From positions 28,784 through 92,783 of the forward strand of contig JANQND010000002.1 in NCBI GenBank assembly GCA_028279765.1: DNA of 64,000 nucleotides. Reading direction: 5' to 3'. The position numbers and the translations under genes were made by a program. The notes under the pieces were generated by a model. That model saw only the letters and a program-made list of their open reading frames with translations, searched no databases and was not told the origin of the DNA. Origin of the DNA: Candidatus Nanoarchaeia archaeon (lineage in GTDB: Archaea > Nanobdellota > Nanobdellia > Woesearchaeales > WJIZ01). The first letter of the stretch is position 1, and the number at the start of each line of letters is the position of its first letter. This document shows, piece after piece, positions 9,255 through 19,095 of this stretch.

Positions 9255-10057
9255 AACTCGATATTATCGCACAAAACAAGGAGAAAAAAAGCTCTGTAGA
9301 GCTGCCAAAGCAGTTTACGGAGTCTGTCCGCTCAGATATCATTAAACGGGCAGTTCACGCTGAACAGAGTGCAAACAGGCAGCCGTATGGTGCATCGCCT
9401 GACGCAGGAATGCGGCACTCCACCTATGTATCAAAAAGACGACATGATTATAAGTCCACATATGGCATTGGCCAGTCCAGAACCCCGCGAAAGGTTGTTT
9501 CCCGAAGCGGGTCCCGGATGAACTGGGTAGGTGCGTTTGCTCCGCAAACCGTTGGCGGAAGACGTGCGCATCCTCCGAAAGCAGACAAGATATGGGAGAA
9601 AAAAATCAATAAGAAAGAGCATGCTCTTGCACTTCGCTCTGCTATGTCGGCGACCCTGGTAAAAGATCTGGCAGTCAAAAGAGGCCACAAAGTGCCTGAA
9701 GAATATCCTTTTATTGTCGATCAAAGCATCGAATCATTCAATAAAACCAAGGACGTAAATCAGTTCCTGCAGAGTGTTGGTCTTGATAAGGAATTAGAAA
9801 GAACCGACTCAAAAAAAGTAAGGGCAGGGAAAGGAAAAATGCGGGGAAGAAAGTACAAGACCAAAAAAGGCCCCTTAATTGTTACTGCAGAAGACTGTGC
9901 ACTGACCAAAGCAGCAGGCAACATCCTTGGTGTAGATATTGTTAAGGTTGCTGATCTCAATGTAGAATTGCTGGCACCTGGCTGCGAGCCTGGCAGATGT
10001 ACGCTTTGGACTGATAAGGCAATTGAGAAAATCCAAAAGGAGAATCTGTACCAATGA
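9251..10057 (+). CDS. rpl4: 50S ribosomal protein uL4
   Basis: GGRRAHPPK and RAGKGKMRGR motifs; position in operon. Confidence 0.97.
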   Translation: MKLDIIAQNKEKKSSVELPKQFTESVRSDIIKRAVHAEQSANRQPYGASPDAGMRHSTYVSKRRHDYKSTYGIGQSRTPRKVVSRSGSRMNWVGAFAPQTVGGRRAHPPKADKIWEKKINKKEHALALRSAMSATLVKDLAVKRGHKVPEEYPFIVDQSIESFNKTKDVNQFLQSVGLDKELERTDSKKVRAGKGKMRGRKYKTKKGPLIVTAEDCALTKAAGNILGVDIVKVADLNVELLAPGCEPGRCTLWTDKAIEKIQKENLYQ

Positions 10058-10305
10058 GCACGATCAAAAATCCGCTGTCCACAGAAAAATCCATTCGGTT
10101 GATGGAATCTGAAAACAAGCTCATCTTTGCAGTCGATAAGCGGGCAAAAAAAGAAGAGATCAAAAAAGATATCGAAGAGCTGTTCAAGGCAAGAGTGGTT
10201 CATGTTAATACCTTCATTACGAATAAAGGCCAGAAAAGAGCATATGTCAAATTCAGCGATGAGACGCCTGCAATTGATATTGCTACACAATTAGGATTAA
10301 TGTAA
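10054..10305 (+). CDS. rpl23: 50S ribosomal protein uL23
   Basis: PLSTEKS...KRAYVK motif; position in operon. Confidence 0.96.
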   Translation: MSTIKNPLSTEKSIRLMESENKLIFAVDKRAKKEEIKKDIEELFKARVVHVNTFITNKGQKRAYVKFSDETPAIDIATQLGLM

Positions 10306-10326
10306 GAGAAAGGAAGCGAAACTAAA

Positions 10327-11040
10327 ATGGGAAAAAACCTGACACAGCAGAAGAGAGGAAAAGGATCGCCTACGTATAGGGCTCCTAGCTTCAGGTATGC
10401 AGGAAAGATCCAGCACCCAAAGGTCATGCAGGAAGGGGTTCAGGGAGAAATCGAGGAAATCCTTCATTCATCAGGTCATAGTGCGCCTTTGATGATCATC
10501 AGGTATCCTGAGGAGCTTACCTTGACTCTTGCACCGGAAGGAGTACGGGTTGGCGATAAAGTGAGCCTGGGCGCAACCGCTGAGCTTGCTCCGGGAAGTA
10601 CCATGAAACTTGCAGATATTCCCGAAGGAACTTCCATTCATAATATTGAAGTAGTGCCAGGCGATGGTGGAAAAATGGTTCGATCATCCGGCGCATCAGC
10701 AAGAGTAATTTCCAAGACCAAGGATAAAGTTATCCTTAAACTTCCGTCACGAAAGCAAAAAGAGTTTCATTCAGCCTGCCGTGCAACTGTTGGAGTGGTA
10801 GCAGGGTCGGGACGAACGGAAAAACCAATCTTAAAAGCAGGAGTTAAATATTTCAAAATGAAGGCAAAGAACAAGCTTTGGCCTTCTGTCTCCGGAACAT
10901 CCATGAACGCAGTAGACCATCCCTTCGGAAGTAAAGGGTCCTCTACAAAAGGGCGACCTACCCAGTCTGCGCGAAACGATCCTCCGGGAAGAAAAGTGGG
11001 TAAAATTGCTCCACGAAGAACAGGAAGAAAGAACAGGTAA
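10327..11040 (+). CDS. rpl2: 50S ribosomal protein uL2
   Basis: QKRGKGSPTY, MNAVDHPFG and PPGRKVGKIAPRRTG motifs. Confidence 0.97.
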   Translation: MGKNLTQQKRGKGSPTYRAPSFRYAGKIQHPKVMQEGVQGEIEEILHSSGHSAPLMIIRYPEELTLTLAPEGVRVGDKVSLGATAELAPGSTMKLADIPEGTSIHNIEVVPGDGGKMVRSSGASARVISKTKDKVILKLPSRKQKEFHSACRATVGVVAGSGRTEKPILKAGVKYFKMKAKNKLWPSVSGTSMNAVDHPFGSKGSSTKGRPTQSARNDPPGRKVGKIAPRRTGRKNR

Positions 11041-11048
11041 TCATCACA

Positions 11049-11432
11049 ATGGCAAAAAAAGAATTCAGTTATCGGGGAAAATCACTTGCAGACTTACAAT
11101 CATTAAGTATTAATGAGCTTGCAGAGCTTCTGCCTGCACGAGCACGAAGATCGCTGAAAAGGGGAATGACTGACCAGCACAAGAAAGTTCTTGATAAAAT
11201 GAAGAAAGGAGACGATAATCTCAAGACGCACTGCAGAGATATGGTTATCCTGCCTGAGATGGTTGGTCAGGCTGTTAAGGTATACAGTGGAAAAGAATTC
11301 AAATCAATCACTATCGAGCCGGAAATGATCGGGCATTATCTTGGAGAATTCTCTCCGAGCAGAAAAACCGTTGCACACTCTTCACCGGGTGTTGGCGCAA
11401 CAAAATCATCATCAAATGTTTCAGTGAAATAA
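11049..11432 (+). CDS. rps19: 30S ribosomal protein uS19
   Basis: KTHCRDMVILPEMVG and MIGHYLGEF motifs. Confidence 0.97.
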   Translation: MAKKEFSYRGKSLADLQSLSINELAELLPARARRSLKRGMTDQHKKVLDKMKKGDDNLKTHCRDMVILPEMVGQAVKVYSGKEFKSITIEPEMIGHYLGEFSPSRKTVAHSSPGVGATKSSSNVSVK

Positions 11433-11434
11433 GC

Positions 11435-12205
11435 ATGACATACAAATATTCAAGCCAGACATATAATAAGGAACATATGGCAAAAGGGATTGGCGTAGAT
11501 TTAGCTATCTCTACCAAGTCTTCCATCGAGATATGCAATAGGCTTCGAAAGAAAAGTGTTGCCCGTGCAAAAGTCATCCTGCAGGATGCCATGGACAAGA
11601 AAGTGCCAATCGAATTTACTCGGTTCACTAATGGCGCAGGCCATAAAAGAGGCATTGGTGCGGGAAGATTCCCTGTCAATGCCGCGCGTGAAATCCTTGC
11701 ATTGCTAAAAAACGTGGAAGCAAACGCACAGTTCAAAGGACTCAATACCTCTAATTTAATCATTGAGCATATCTCTGCTCAGAATGCCGGAAACCAATGG
11801 AGATATGGTCGTCATCGAAGACGAAAGATGAAGAAAACCCATATTGAAGTGGTAGTGAAAGAGGGCAAGAAAGAAGAGAAGAAAACAGCTGCAAAACCTG
11901 CTACTGAAAAGAAAGGAGAAGGAAAAAAGGTTGAGACAAAAAAGCCTGAAGTGAAATCTGCATCGCCAAAGGCTGTTGAGAAGAAGGCAGAGCCTGTTAA
12001 AGCTGCTCCGAAAGCAGAGGAAAAGAAAGCTGCAGAAAAACCAAAGGAAGACAAGCCAAAGCCTGAGGTAAAAAAAGAAGCTCCTGCTAAAAAACCAGTA
12101 GAAGAAAAACCTGCAGCGCCAAGCACTGAGAAGAAAGAAGCTGCACCAAAGAAAGAAACTCCTGCTCCTAAACAAACCAAAGAGGAATCAACCAAAAATG
12201 ATTGA
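11435..12205 (+). CDS. rpl22: 50S ribosomal protein uL22 with a long K/E/P/A-rich C-terminal tail
   Basis: GRFPVNAA...NAQFKGL core followed by more than 100 aa of low-complexity sequence. Confidence 0.95.
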   Translation: MTYKYSSQTYNKEHMAKGIGVDLAISTKSSIEICNRLRKKSVARAKVILQDAMDKKVPIEFTRFTNGAGHKRGIGAGRFPVNAAREILALLKNVEANAQFKGLNTSNLIIEHISAQNAGNQWRYGRHRRRKMKKTHIEVVVKEGKKEEKKTAAKPATEKKGEGKKVETKKPEVKSASPKAVEKKAEPVKAAPKAEEKKAAEKPKEDKPKPEVKKEAPAKKPVEEKPAAPSTEKKEAAPKKETPAPKQTKEESTKND

Positions 12206-12971
12206 AAGAAAATTCATCGCATCAAACATCAAGGAATTCATGGTTCAGGAATTTATCGCAAATAGTGTGAAGGGTGCTGAATATAGTCATATTAAGCTGC
12301 AGCGAACCCCTCTTGGCGAGAAAATCGTTATCTATTCCGCAAGGCCGGGTCTTATCGTTGGGCGAAAGGGCCAGAATATCAAGCAGTTAACGAAAGTACT
12401 CAAGAAAAAATACGGACTGGAAAATCCTCAGGTTGAAATCAGCGAGGTAGATCATCCTTATTTTGACACGGAAATCATGTCTGAAAAGATTGTTAATTAT
12501 CTTGAAAAATACGGAACCTCCAAGTTCAAAGGAATTGGTCATAAGATCATGACCGAAGTGATGAACGCAGGCGCTATGGGGATTGAAATCCTGATCTCAG
12601 GAAAAATTCCAAGCTCCCGTGCAAAACGATGGAGGTTTTACCAGGGGTATCTGAAAAAATGTGGTGATATTGCGCTGGTTGGTGTGAATAGTTCCATTAC
12701 AACAGCAAAGCTCAAGACCGGAACCATCGGTATTCAGGTAAAGATCATGCCTCCTGACACTGTCCTTCCTGACAGAATCGAGCTTATCGAGGAAAAACAG
12801 GAAGTAATTGAAGAAGTAAAGGAAGGATCCCAAGAAAACGATCAGAAAAAATCAGAGTCCTCGGACAAAGAAGAGAAAAAGGAATCCAAAGAAAAAGCTG
12901 ATGCAAAGCCTAAGAAAAAAAAGGCAGTAAAGAAGAAAAAAGCAGCAGCTGATACCAAAAAGAAAGAATAA
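12198..12971 (+). CDS. rps3: 30S ribosomal protein uS3
   Basis: RPGLIVGRKG KH motif and GYLKKCG. Confidence 0.97.
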   Translation: MIERKFIASNIKEFMVQEFIANSVKGAEYSHIKLQRTPLGEKIVIYSARPGLIVGRKGQNIKQLTKVLKKKYGLENPQVEISEVDHPYFDTEIMSEKIVNYLEKYGTSKFKGIGHKIMTEVMNAGAMGIEILISGKIPSSRAKRWRFYQGYLKKCGDIALVGVNSSITTAKLKTGTIGIQVKIMPPDTVLPDRIELIEEKQEVIEEVKEGSQENDQKKSESSDKEEKKESKEKADAKPKKKKAVKKKKAAADTKKKE

Positions 12972-12997
12972 GGTCCCTTCATTCATAATCGAAAACA

Positions 12998-13216
12998 ATG
13001 GTTAAACGAAAAGATATTCGGAGCATGCAGCCAAATGAGCGGCAAAAGCAGCTTGCAGACTTGCAGATGGAGCTTATGAAAGCAAATGCGCAGGTTTCAT
13101 CAGGCAGCGCTCCAAAGAATCCCGGTCAGATTCGTGAAATCAAGAAAAGCATTGCGCGAATATTGACTATTGAAAAAGAACTAAAGAACCAGGAGGTAGG
13201 CAAAAAGGATGAGTGA
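12998..13216 (+). CDS. rpl29: 50S ribosomal protein uL29
   Basis: NPGQIREIKKSIARILT; position in operon. Confidence 0.95.
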   Translation: MVKRKDIRSMQPNERQKQLADLQMELMKANAQVSSGSAPKNPGQIREIKKSIARILTIEKELKNQEVGKKDE

Positions 13217-13520
13217 AATCTGCTCTACATGTGGATTGCCAAAAGAGCTTTGCGTATGTGAAAGCATCGCAAAAGAATCCCAGGAAATCGTTCTTTCCCT
13301 GGAGAAGAAAAAATTTGGCAAGACATACACTGTAGTAGTTGGTATTGACGAAAAAGAGATTGATCTTGGTGATCTGACCAAGAAGCTCAAGTCAAAACTG
13401 GCATGCGGAGGAACTGCAAAAAAAGGTAAAATTGAACTGCAGGGAAACCACATCCAAAAGACCAAGGAAATGCTCCTTGATTTGGGTTTTTCACCTGATA
13501 CCATTATTACAAAACAATGA
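13209..13520 (+). CDS. sui1: Translation initiation factor aIF1 (SUI1)
   Basis: CSTCGLPKELCVCE and LACGGT..IELQGNH motifs. Confidence 0.95.
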   Translation: MSEICSTCGLPKELCVCESIAKESQEIVLSLEKKKFGKTYTVVVGIDEKEIDLGDLTKKLKSKLACGGTAKKGKIELQGNHIQKTKEMLLDLGFSPDTIITKQ

Positions 13521-13747
13521 GAAAAGAGCTATGCAGGCAAGAGCTGATAGGGAAAGCTGTGGAAGTGAGCGGTTTTTCCGGCAAAATAATAGATGAAACA
13601 AAACACATGATCACCATCCAATGCTCCGACAGGAAAACACGCAAGTTCATAAAAAAAAATCATACATTCAAGATAAACGGTGAAGAAATACAAGGAACAA
13701 AGATCAATGCACGCCCTGAAGAGCGCGTAAAGAAAAAACTTCGGTGA
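13517..13747 (+). CDS. rnp1: Ribonuclease P protein component 1 (Rpp29)
   Basis: ELIG...GKIIDETKHMI...RPEER; canonical position between SUI1 and S17. Confidence 0.9.
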   Translation: MRKELCRQELIGKAVEVSGFSGKIIDETKHMITIQCSDRKTRKFIKKNHTFKINGEEIQGTKINARPEERVKKKLR

Positions 13748-13751
13748 AACA

Positions 13752-14228
13752 ATGAAAATAAAAAATATCGGATTCAACATTCCCGCTCCAAAAACCAAGT
13801 CAAAGCAGGAGGAAAAGAAATCTCCATTCACAGGAGATATCAAAGTACGCGGCAGAGTCTTTACCGGGACCGTCATTTCCGCAAAGATGACCCGAACCGC
13901 AACCGTGGAATGGGATCGAAGAGTAAAGCTTCCAAAGTATGAGCGATACATGAAAAAGCGAACCCGGGTCAAAGCACACAATCCTGATATCATCAAAGCA
14001 GAAGAAGGCGATATCGTTAAGATCATGGAGTGTAGGCCACTCAGTAAAACCAAGAATTTCGTTATTGTTGAGAATCTTGGAAAAGAAAAAGGCTATGCGC
14101 AGAAAAAGGAAGCCCTTGAAGAGTCCAAGAAAGCTGCCGTAAAGCATGAAGAAGTAGCTGAGGAGTCGAAAAATATCTCAGAAGAAGCTCCTGCTCAGGA
14201 AGAAACAGCAGAGAAAAAAGAAGAGTAG
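13752..14228 (+). CDS. rps17: 30S ribosomal protein uS17
   Basis: VRGRVFTGTV and ECRPLSKTK motifs; acidic C-terminal tail. Confidence 0.96.
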   Translation: MKIKNIGFNIPAPKTKSKQEEKKSPFTGDIKVRGRVFTGTVISAKMTRTATVEWDRRVKLPKYERYMKKRTRVKAHNPDIIKAEEGDIVKIMECRPLSKTKNFVIVENLGKEKGYAQKKEALEESKKAAVKHEEVAEESKNISEEAPAQEETAEKKEE

Positions 14229-14243
14229 AACAAATAAACCAAA

Positions 14244-14645
14244 ATGGAATCCATTAAAGCTCAAGTCATCAAAGGCCTTAATTTCGGCGCACATATTCCT
14301 ACCTGTGATAATTCAGGCGCTAAGGTAATCAAGATCTTTGGCTGCAAGACCAGTAAAACCGTAAAGGGAAGAATGGGAAAAGCAGGCGTAGGAGATCTTG
14401 TTGTTGCCTCTGTAGTGAAGGGGAAGCCTGAGATGAGAAAGCAAACCGTCCTTGCTATTATTGTTCGGCAAAAAAAAGAATACCGAAGAGCTGACGGCAT
14501 GAGAATCAAGTTTGAGGACAATGCAGCAGTTATAGTCAAGGATGAAAAAGGAAACCCGAAAGGTACCATCCTCAAAGGGGCCATCGCAAAAGAGGCTGCG
14601 CAGAGATGGGGAAATATTTCAAAAATTGCAAGGATAATCGTCTAA
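14244..14645 (+). CDS. rpl14: 50S ribosomal protein uL14
   Basis: CDNSGAK and FEDNAAV motifs. Confidence 0.97.
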   Translation: MESIKAQVIKGLNFGAHIPTCDNSGAKVIKIFGCKTSKTVKGRMGKAGVGDLVVASVVKGKPEMRKQTVLAIIVRQKKEYRRADGMRIKFEDNAAVIVKDEKGNPKGTILKGAIAKEAAQRWGNISKIARIIV

Positions 14646-14646
14646 A

Positions 14647-15072
14647 ATGAAATCATGGTCTTCAGAGTGGAAATCAAGTAAAACTGCAGGAAAGCAGAGA
14701 AAATACAGAGCAAATGCTCCGCTGCACATCAAGAGAAAGTTCTCAGGCGTGCATCTCTCAAAAGAGCTACGGGAGAAGCACCAGAAGCGAAACATGGTCA
14801 TTGTCAAAGGGGACAAAGCCAAGGTGCTTCGCGGACAGTATAAAGGGCAAACCGCCAAGGTTGAAGAAGTCGACTCCAAAAGAAGCAGGGTTCGCCTTGC
14901 TGGTATCGAAGTGAGCAAGAAAGACGGAAACAAAGTTCCGGTATACTTTCAGCCGTCAAACCTGATGATTACCGATCTCAACATGGATGACAAGAAAAGA
15001 GCAAGCATAACACAGAGAAAAAAGCCTGCAGAGGCTACTAAACCCAAAAAGTCCCAAAAAGCAACAGAGTGA
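14647..15072 (+). CDS. rpl24: 50S ribosomal protein uL24
   Basis: KQRKYRANAPLH and KOW motif. Confidence 0.96.
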   Translation: MKSWSSEWKSSKTAGKQRKYRANAPLHIKRKFSGVHLSKELREKHQKRNMVIVKGDKAKVLRGQYKGQTAKVEEVDSKRSRVRLAGIEVSKKDGNKVPVYFQPSNLMITDLNMDDKKRASITQRKKPAEATKPKKSQKATE

Positions 15073-15076
15073 TACT

Positions 15077-15763
15077 ATGGTAAAAAATCATTTGAAAACA
15101 ATCGCTGCACCAAAAAGCTGGCCAGTGAAAAGAAAAGAGAGAACATTCATCCTGCGCCCTGATGCTGGCCCGCATGATCTGAAGAACAGTATTTCACTCA
15201 ATTTCCTGCTCATTGATTTGCTTGGTCTTTGCAAGACCAAAAGAGAATCTACCTACCTGCTTCGGTATAAAGAAATCCTGGTAGACGGGAAACGAAGAAC
15301 AAACATCGCATTCCCGGTTGGCCTGATGGATGTCGTAACCATCAAGGACATGAAGAAGCACTATCGTATTATGCTTAATTCCAAGGGAAAGATTGAAGCG
15401 CGTGAGATTGCAGACAAAGAATCTGCAATCAAGCTGCACAAAATCACCGGAAAATCTCTGGTAAAGAAAAAAAATCAGCTTAATCTCTTCGATGGCAAGA
15501 ACATGCTTATCGACAAGGGAGACTACAAGGTTGGAGACAGCATCCTTGTTGAGTTTGCAGGCGATAAGATCAAAGAGCACTTTGAGCTCAAAAAAGGAAA
15601 TACCATCCTGCTGACCGGAGGGAGGCATACGGGAAGCATGGGGAAGATTGAAGAGATCATCGGAACCAAAATTATCTATAAAGTGGGCAAGGATGACGTA
15701 TACGAGACGCTCAAAAAATATGCATTTGTCGTAGGAGCAGACAAACCGGTAGTAGAATTATAA
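15077..15763 (+). CDS. rps4e: 30S ribosomal protein eS4
   Basis: HLKTIAAPKSW and FPVGLMDV motifs. Confidence 0.96.
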   Translation: MVKNHLKTIAAPKSWPVKRKERTFILRPDAGPHDLKNSISLNFLLIDLLGLCKTKRESTYLLRYKEILVDGKRRTNIAFPVGLMDVVTIKDMKKHYRIMLNSKGKIEAREIADKESAIKLHKITGKSLVKKKNQLNLFDGKNMLIDKGDYKVGDSILVEFAGDKIKEHFELKKGNTILLTGGRHTGSMGKIEEIIGTKIIYKVGKDDVYETLKKYAFVVGADKPVVEL

Positions 15764-15770
15764 TAATAAA

Positions 15771-16280
15771 ATGAATCCCATGAAAACAATTCGAATAGAG
15801 AAGGTTACCCTAAACATAGGTGCGGGAAAAGACCAGAATAAACTTGAGAAAGGAAGAATCCTTCTCAAGCATATTACCGGAATTGAGCCGGTAAAAACCG
15901 TCACCAAGAAAAGGATCCCTACCTGGGGACTGCGGCCTGGCCTTGCTATCGGATGCAAAATTACGCTCAGAAAAAGTGATGCAAAGCAGCTTCTGGTAAA
16001 ACTGCTCGAAGCAAAGGATAAGCAGCTTGCAGAATCTCAGTTTGATAATTCAGGAAATATCTCTTTTGGAATCTCCGAATACATCGATATTCCTGGTGTA
16101 AAATACGATCCTAAAGTCGGAATCATTGGTCTTCAGGTTTGTGTAACTCTGGAAAGGCCAGGGTTCAGAGTAAAAAAACGATCACTTGGCAAAGCAAAAA
16201 TACCAAAAGATCACAGCATTGGAAAAGAAGAGGCAATGGACTTCATGAAGCAGGAGTTCGCGGTCAGCATAGGTGAATAA
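15771..16280 (+). CDS. rpl5: 50S ribosomal protein uL5
   Basis: [16 protein letters not shown] and GCKITLR motifs. Confidence 0.97.
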   Translation: MNPMKTIRIEKVTLNIGAGKDQNKLEKGRILLKHITGIEPVKTVTKKRIPTWGLRPGLAIGCKITLRKSDAKQLLVKLLEAKDKQLAESQFDNSGNISFGISEYIDIPGVKYDPKVGIIGLQVCVTLERPGFRVKKRSLGKAKIPKDHSIGKEEAMDFMKQEFAVSIGE

Positions 16281-16282
16281 TC

Positions 16283-16513
16283 ATGACGTACAGTGAACAT
16301 AAAAAAGTTTTCAAGCAGTTGAAAGCAAAACCGGTCAAGCTCAAAAAATATATCAAGCACAACTCTCCAAAGGAGCGATCCTGCGGGCGGTCCACAAAGA
16401 AATGCCAGCGATGCGGCAGAATCAGGGGACATATTGACAAATATGGTCTTAATCTGTGCAGGCAGTGCTTCAGAGAGATCGCAACAAAGATCGGGTTCAA
16501 AAAATATTCATAG
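16283..16513 (+). CDS. rps14: 30S ribosomal protein uS14 (zinc-binding, N-terminally extended)
   Basis: CQRCG...LCRQCFRE motif. Confidence 0.96.
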   Translation: MTYSEHKKVFKQLKAKPVKLKKYIKHNSPKERSCGRSTKKCQRCGRIRGHIDKYGLNLCRQCFREIATKIGFKKYS

Positions 16514-16523
16514 GTAAACAAAA

Positions 16524-16916
16524 ATGGCATTAAATGACACAGTAGCAAACGCATTATCCAAAATGAATCAGTATGAGGAATTAGGCAGGTCTGAGTGTAC
16601 GATTTCGCCTTCCTCAAGGCTTATTACCGACATCCTGGGTATCCTCAAGAAATTCAAATACATCAAAGGATACAATAAAGTAAAGGATGGTCAGAAAGAG
16701 AGCATTGTTGTTCAACTGACTGGTGCGATCAATGAGTGCGGGGTTATCAAGCCGCGCTTCTCTATTAAAAAGGAGGAGTTCACTCGTTTCGAAAAACGAT
16801 TCCTTCCTTCCCGGGACATGGGTATTATCATTATTTCCACTGTTGAAGGCCTGACGGATCACCACAAGGCGAAAGAAAAGAAAATAGGAGGAAAGCTCAT
16901 AGCATTCTGCTATTAA
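16524..16916 (+). CDS. rps8: 30S ribosomal protein uS8
   Basis: INECGVIKPRF and GGKLIAFCY motifs. Confidence 0.97.
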   Translation: MALNDTVANALSKMNQYEELGRSECTISPSSRLITDILGILKKFKYIKGYNKVKDGQKESIVVQLTGAINECGVIKPRFSIKKEEFTRFEKRFLPSRDMGIIIISTVEGLTDHHKAKEKKIGGKLIAFCY

Positions 16917-16927
16917 TTACTGATCAA

Positions 16928-17479
16928 ATGGCTAAGAAAAAGGAAATCAAGCTTGAAATGGACGTTCCGGAGGGTATAGAAGCTCGACAGGATGGAAAAG
17001 AGCTAGTCATTAAAGGAAAGAAAGGAGAAGTGAAAAGAGCCTTCAACAATCCTAAAGTAGACATCAAAGTAGAGGGCGGCAAAATTATCATTGCGCCCAG
17101 CAAGCAATCAAAGCGTGAGAAAACTATTACCTTCACCTACAAAGCTCATATCGGGAATATGTTCAAAGGAGCAGAAGAAGGGCATTCCTATGTCCTCAAA
17201 GTATGCTCAAGCCACTTTCCGATGAATGTGGCGGTCAATAAGGATTCATTGGTTGTCAAAAATTTCCTTGGTGAGAAATACCCAAGAACCCTCAAAATAA
17301 AAGAAGGCGTTCAGGTAAAGGTTGACGGTGATCTCATCACTATCGAGAGTACCAGTAAGGAATTAGCAGGAACCACAGCATCCGCAGTCGAAGAATTGAT
17401 GAAGCGTGCTGACTTTGATCCAAGAATTTTCCAGGATGGCATTTACATAATCAATAAAGACGGTAAAGAGTTAAAATGA
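16928..17479 (+). CDS. rpl6: 50S ribosomal protein uL6
   Basis: SHFPM, NFLGEK and DPRIFQDGIYI motifs. Confidence 0.97.
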   Translation: MAKKKEIKLEMDVPEGIEARQDGKELVIKGKKGEVKRAFNNPKVDIKVEGGKIIIAPSKQSKREKTITFTYKAHIGNMFKGAEEGHSYVLKVCSSHFPMNVAVNKDSLVVKNFLGEKYPRTLKIKEGVQVKVDGDLITIESTSKELAGTTASAVEELMKRADFDPRIFQDGIYIINKDGKELK

Positions 17480-18063
17480 AAGAACTACTAGACAAGAGAG
17501 CACAAACCAAGAGGAGAAAGCCGCATTTTCAGATGCAGGACTCTCATAAGCTCTCCCGGTTAACACAAAAATGGAGAAAGCCGCGCGGTATCGACTCCAA
17601 GATGCGTTTAGGGTTGAAAGGCTATGCACGGTCTGTTGAAGTAGGCTTCAAATCACCTAAGGATGTGCGCGGTTTGGATAAAAGTGGGTTACTTCCGGTT
17701 ATGGTCTCTTCGGTAAAAGAGCTCGAGAGCGTTAATAAGGAAAAAGAAGGAGCGATTATAAGTTCCGCAGTTGGTCAGAAAAAGAAAAAAGATTTGGTTG
17801 CAAAAGCAACTGAGATGGGAATTACTCTACTTAATATCAAGGATCCAAAAGCATTCGCTGCATCAGTTGAGAAGAACATGAAAGAGCGGGCGGATCGAAA
17901 GAAAAAACGCATCGCAAAGGCTACAGAGAAAAAGGCAAAAGAAGAGAAGAAAAAACCTGCAGAAAAGAAAAAAGAAGATCTCTCTGATAAAGTCCTGAGC
18001 GAAGATGAAAAAGCCAAGGCTGAGAAGAAAGAAAAAGATAAGATACTCACGACAAAGGAATAA
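17476..18063 (+). CDS. rpl32e: 50S ribosomal protein eL32 with charged C-terminal tail
   Basis: WRKPRGIDSKMR and GFKSPKDVRGL motifs. Confidence 0.95.
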   Translation: MKELLDKRAQTKRRKPHFQMQDSHKLSRLTQKWRKPRGIDSKMRLGLKGYARSVEVGFKSPKDVRGLDKSGLLPVMVSSVKELESVNKEKEGAIISSAVGQKKKKDLVAKATEMGITLLNIKDPKAFAASVEKNMKERADRKKKRIAKATEKKAKEEKKKPAEKKKEDLSDKVLSEDEKAKAEKKEKDKILTTKE

Positions 18064-18067
18064 GAAA

Positions 18068-18517
18068 ATGAATGTCAAAGCCCAAAAGAAAGTTGCAGCA
18101 AAATTGCTCAAATGCTCGACCAAGAAGGTTAAACTAGATTCCACCCGGTTAGAAGAGATCAAAGAGTCTATTACCAAGCGCGATATTAAAGGCCTGATCA
18201 AGGATAAGGCAATCTCAAAGGATGCTGGCCAGGAAACATCCCGGGCAAGGGCACGCAAGATCCAGGAGCAGAAAAGTAAGGGAAGACGAAAAGGTGCTGG
18301 GTCCAAGAAAGGAAAAATCAATGCAACCGTCTCCAAAAAAGAGCGATGGATGAGTAAGATCAGAGCGCAAAGAAAGCTCATCAAAGAGCTGCGTGATGAG
18401 AGCAAGGTTTCAAAAGAAACCTATAATGAGCTCTACAAGAAATCCAAGGGCGGATTTTTCAGAAGCAGAAGGCACATCATGATTTACATTGAAGATCACG
18501 ATCTTATACAAAAATGA
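18068..18517 (+). CDS. rpl19e: 50S ribosomal protein eL19
   Basis: GRRKGAGSKKG and YKKSKGGFF motifs; start moved to ATG 18068, just after the L32e stop. Confidence 0.95.
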   Translation: MNVKAQKKVAAKLLKCSTKKVKLDSTRLEEIKESITKRDIKGLIKDKAISKDAGQETSRARARKIQEQKSKGRRKGAGSKKGKINATVSKKERWMSKIRAQRKLIKELRDESKVSKETYNELYKKSKGGFFRSRRHIMIYIEDHDLIQK

Positions 18518-19095
18518 AAACAAGCAAAACGCGAACCGTACGGTTCAGAAGAAAGAGAAGCGGCAAGACTGACTACAAAAAGCGATTAAAGCTGGTTATG
18601 TCCGGAAAGCCCCGGTTAGTAGTACGAAAATCCATTAGTGCAATAACCGTACAGCTGGTTACCTATCAGGAAAAAGGCGATAAGATCCTGGCAACGATCA
18701 AAAGTAGCAGCCTCAAATCATTCGGCTGGAATTACAATTATTCCAATACGCCAAGCGCATACCTAGCGGGTGTATTAATTGCACAAAAGGCTAAGGAATT
18801 GAACATCTCAGAGGCAATTTTGGATATTGGCCTCAACAAGTCTGTTCCGGGATCAAAGCTTTTTGCGGTATTGAAAGGTGCGATAGACAATGGCCTGCAG
18901 GTTCCTCACGGTGACTCTGTTCTTCCATCCGATGATCGGGTAAAAGGAGCGCATATTCAGCAATACGCTGAGCAATTAAAAGCAGATGAGCAAAAGTATA
19001 ATAAGGAATTTAGCGGATACACTAAGAACAATTGCGATCCAACGCAGATTACCAAACAGGTAGAAGAAGTCAAAAATAAGATCATGGGTGCATAA
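18514..19095 (+). CDS. rpl18: 50S ribosomal protein uL18
   Basis: RRKRSGKTDYKKRL and NTPSAYLAG motifs. Confidence 0.97.
   Translation: MKTSKTRTVRFRRKRSGKTDYKKRLKLVMSGKPRLVVRKSISAITVQLVTYQEKGDKILATIKSSSLKSFGWNYNYSNTPSAYLAGVLIAQKAKELNISEAILDIGLNKSVPGSKLFAVLKGAIDNGLQVPHGDSVLPSDDRVKGAHIQQYAEQLKADEQKYNKEFSGYTKNNCDPTQITKQVEEVKNKIMGA

Noticed and set aside
11756-12195. Long Phe/Ser-rich antisense ORFs opposite uL22 and other r-proteins
   Set aside because: Shadow frames produced by Lys/Glu-rich low-complexity codons
18005-18067. N-terminal extensions in the ORF track for eL19, aroK, pelota and the PRC-barrel protein
   Set aside because: They overlap upstream genes or promoters; downstream ATGs match family starts and ribosome-binding sites
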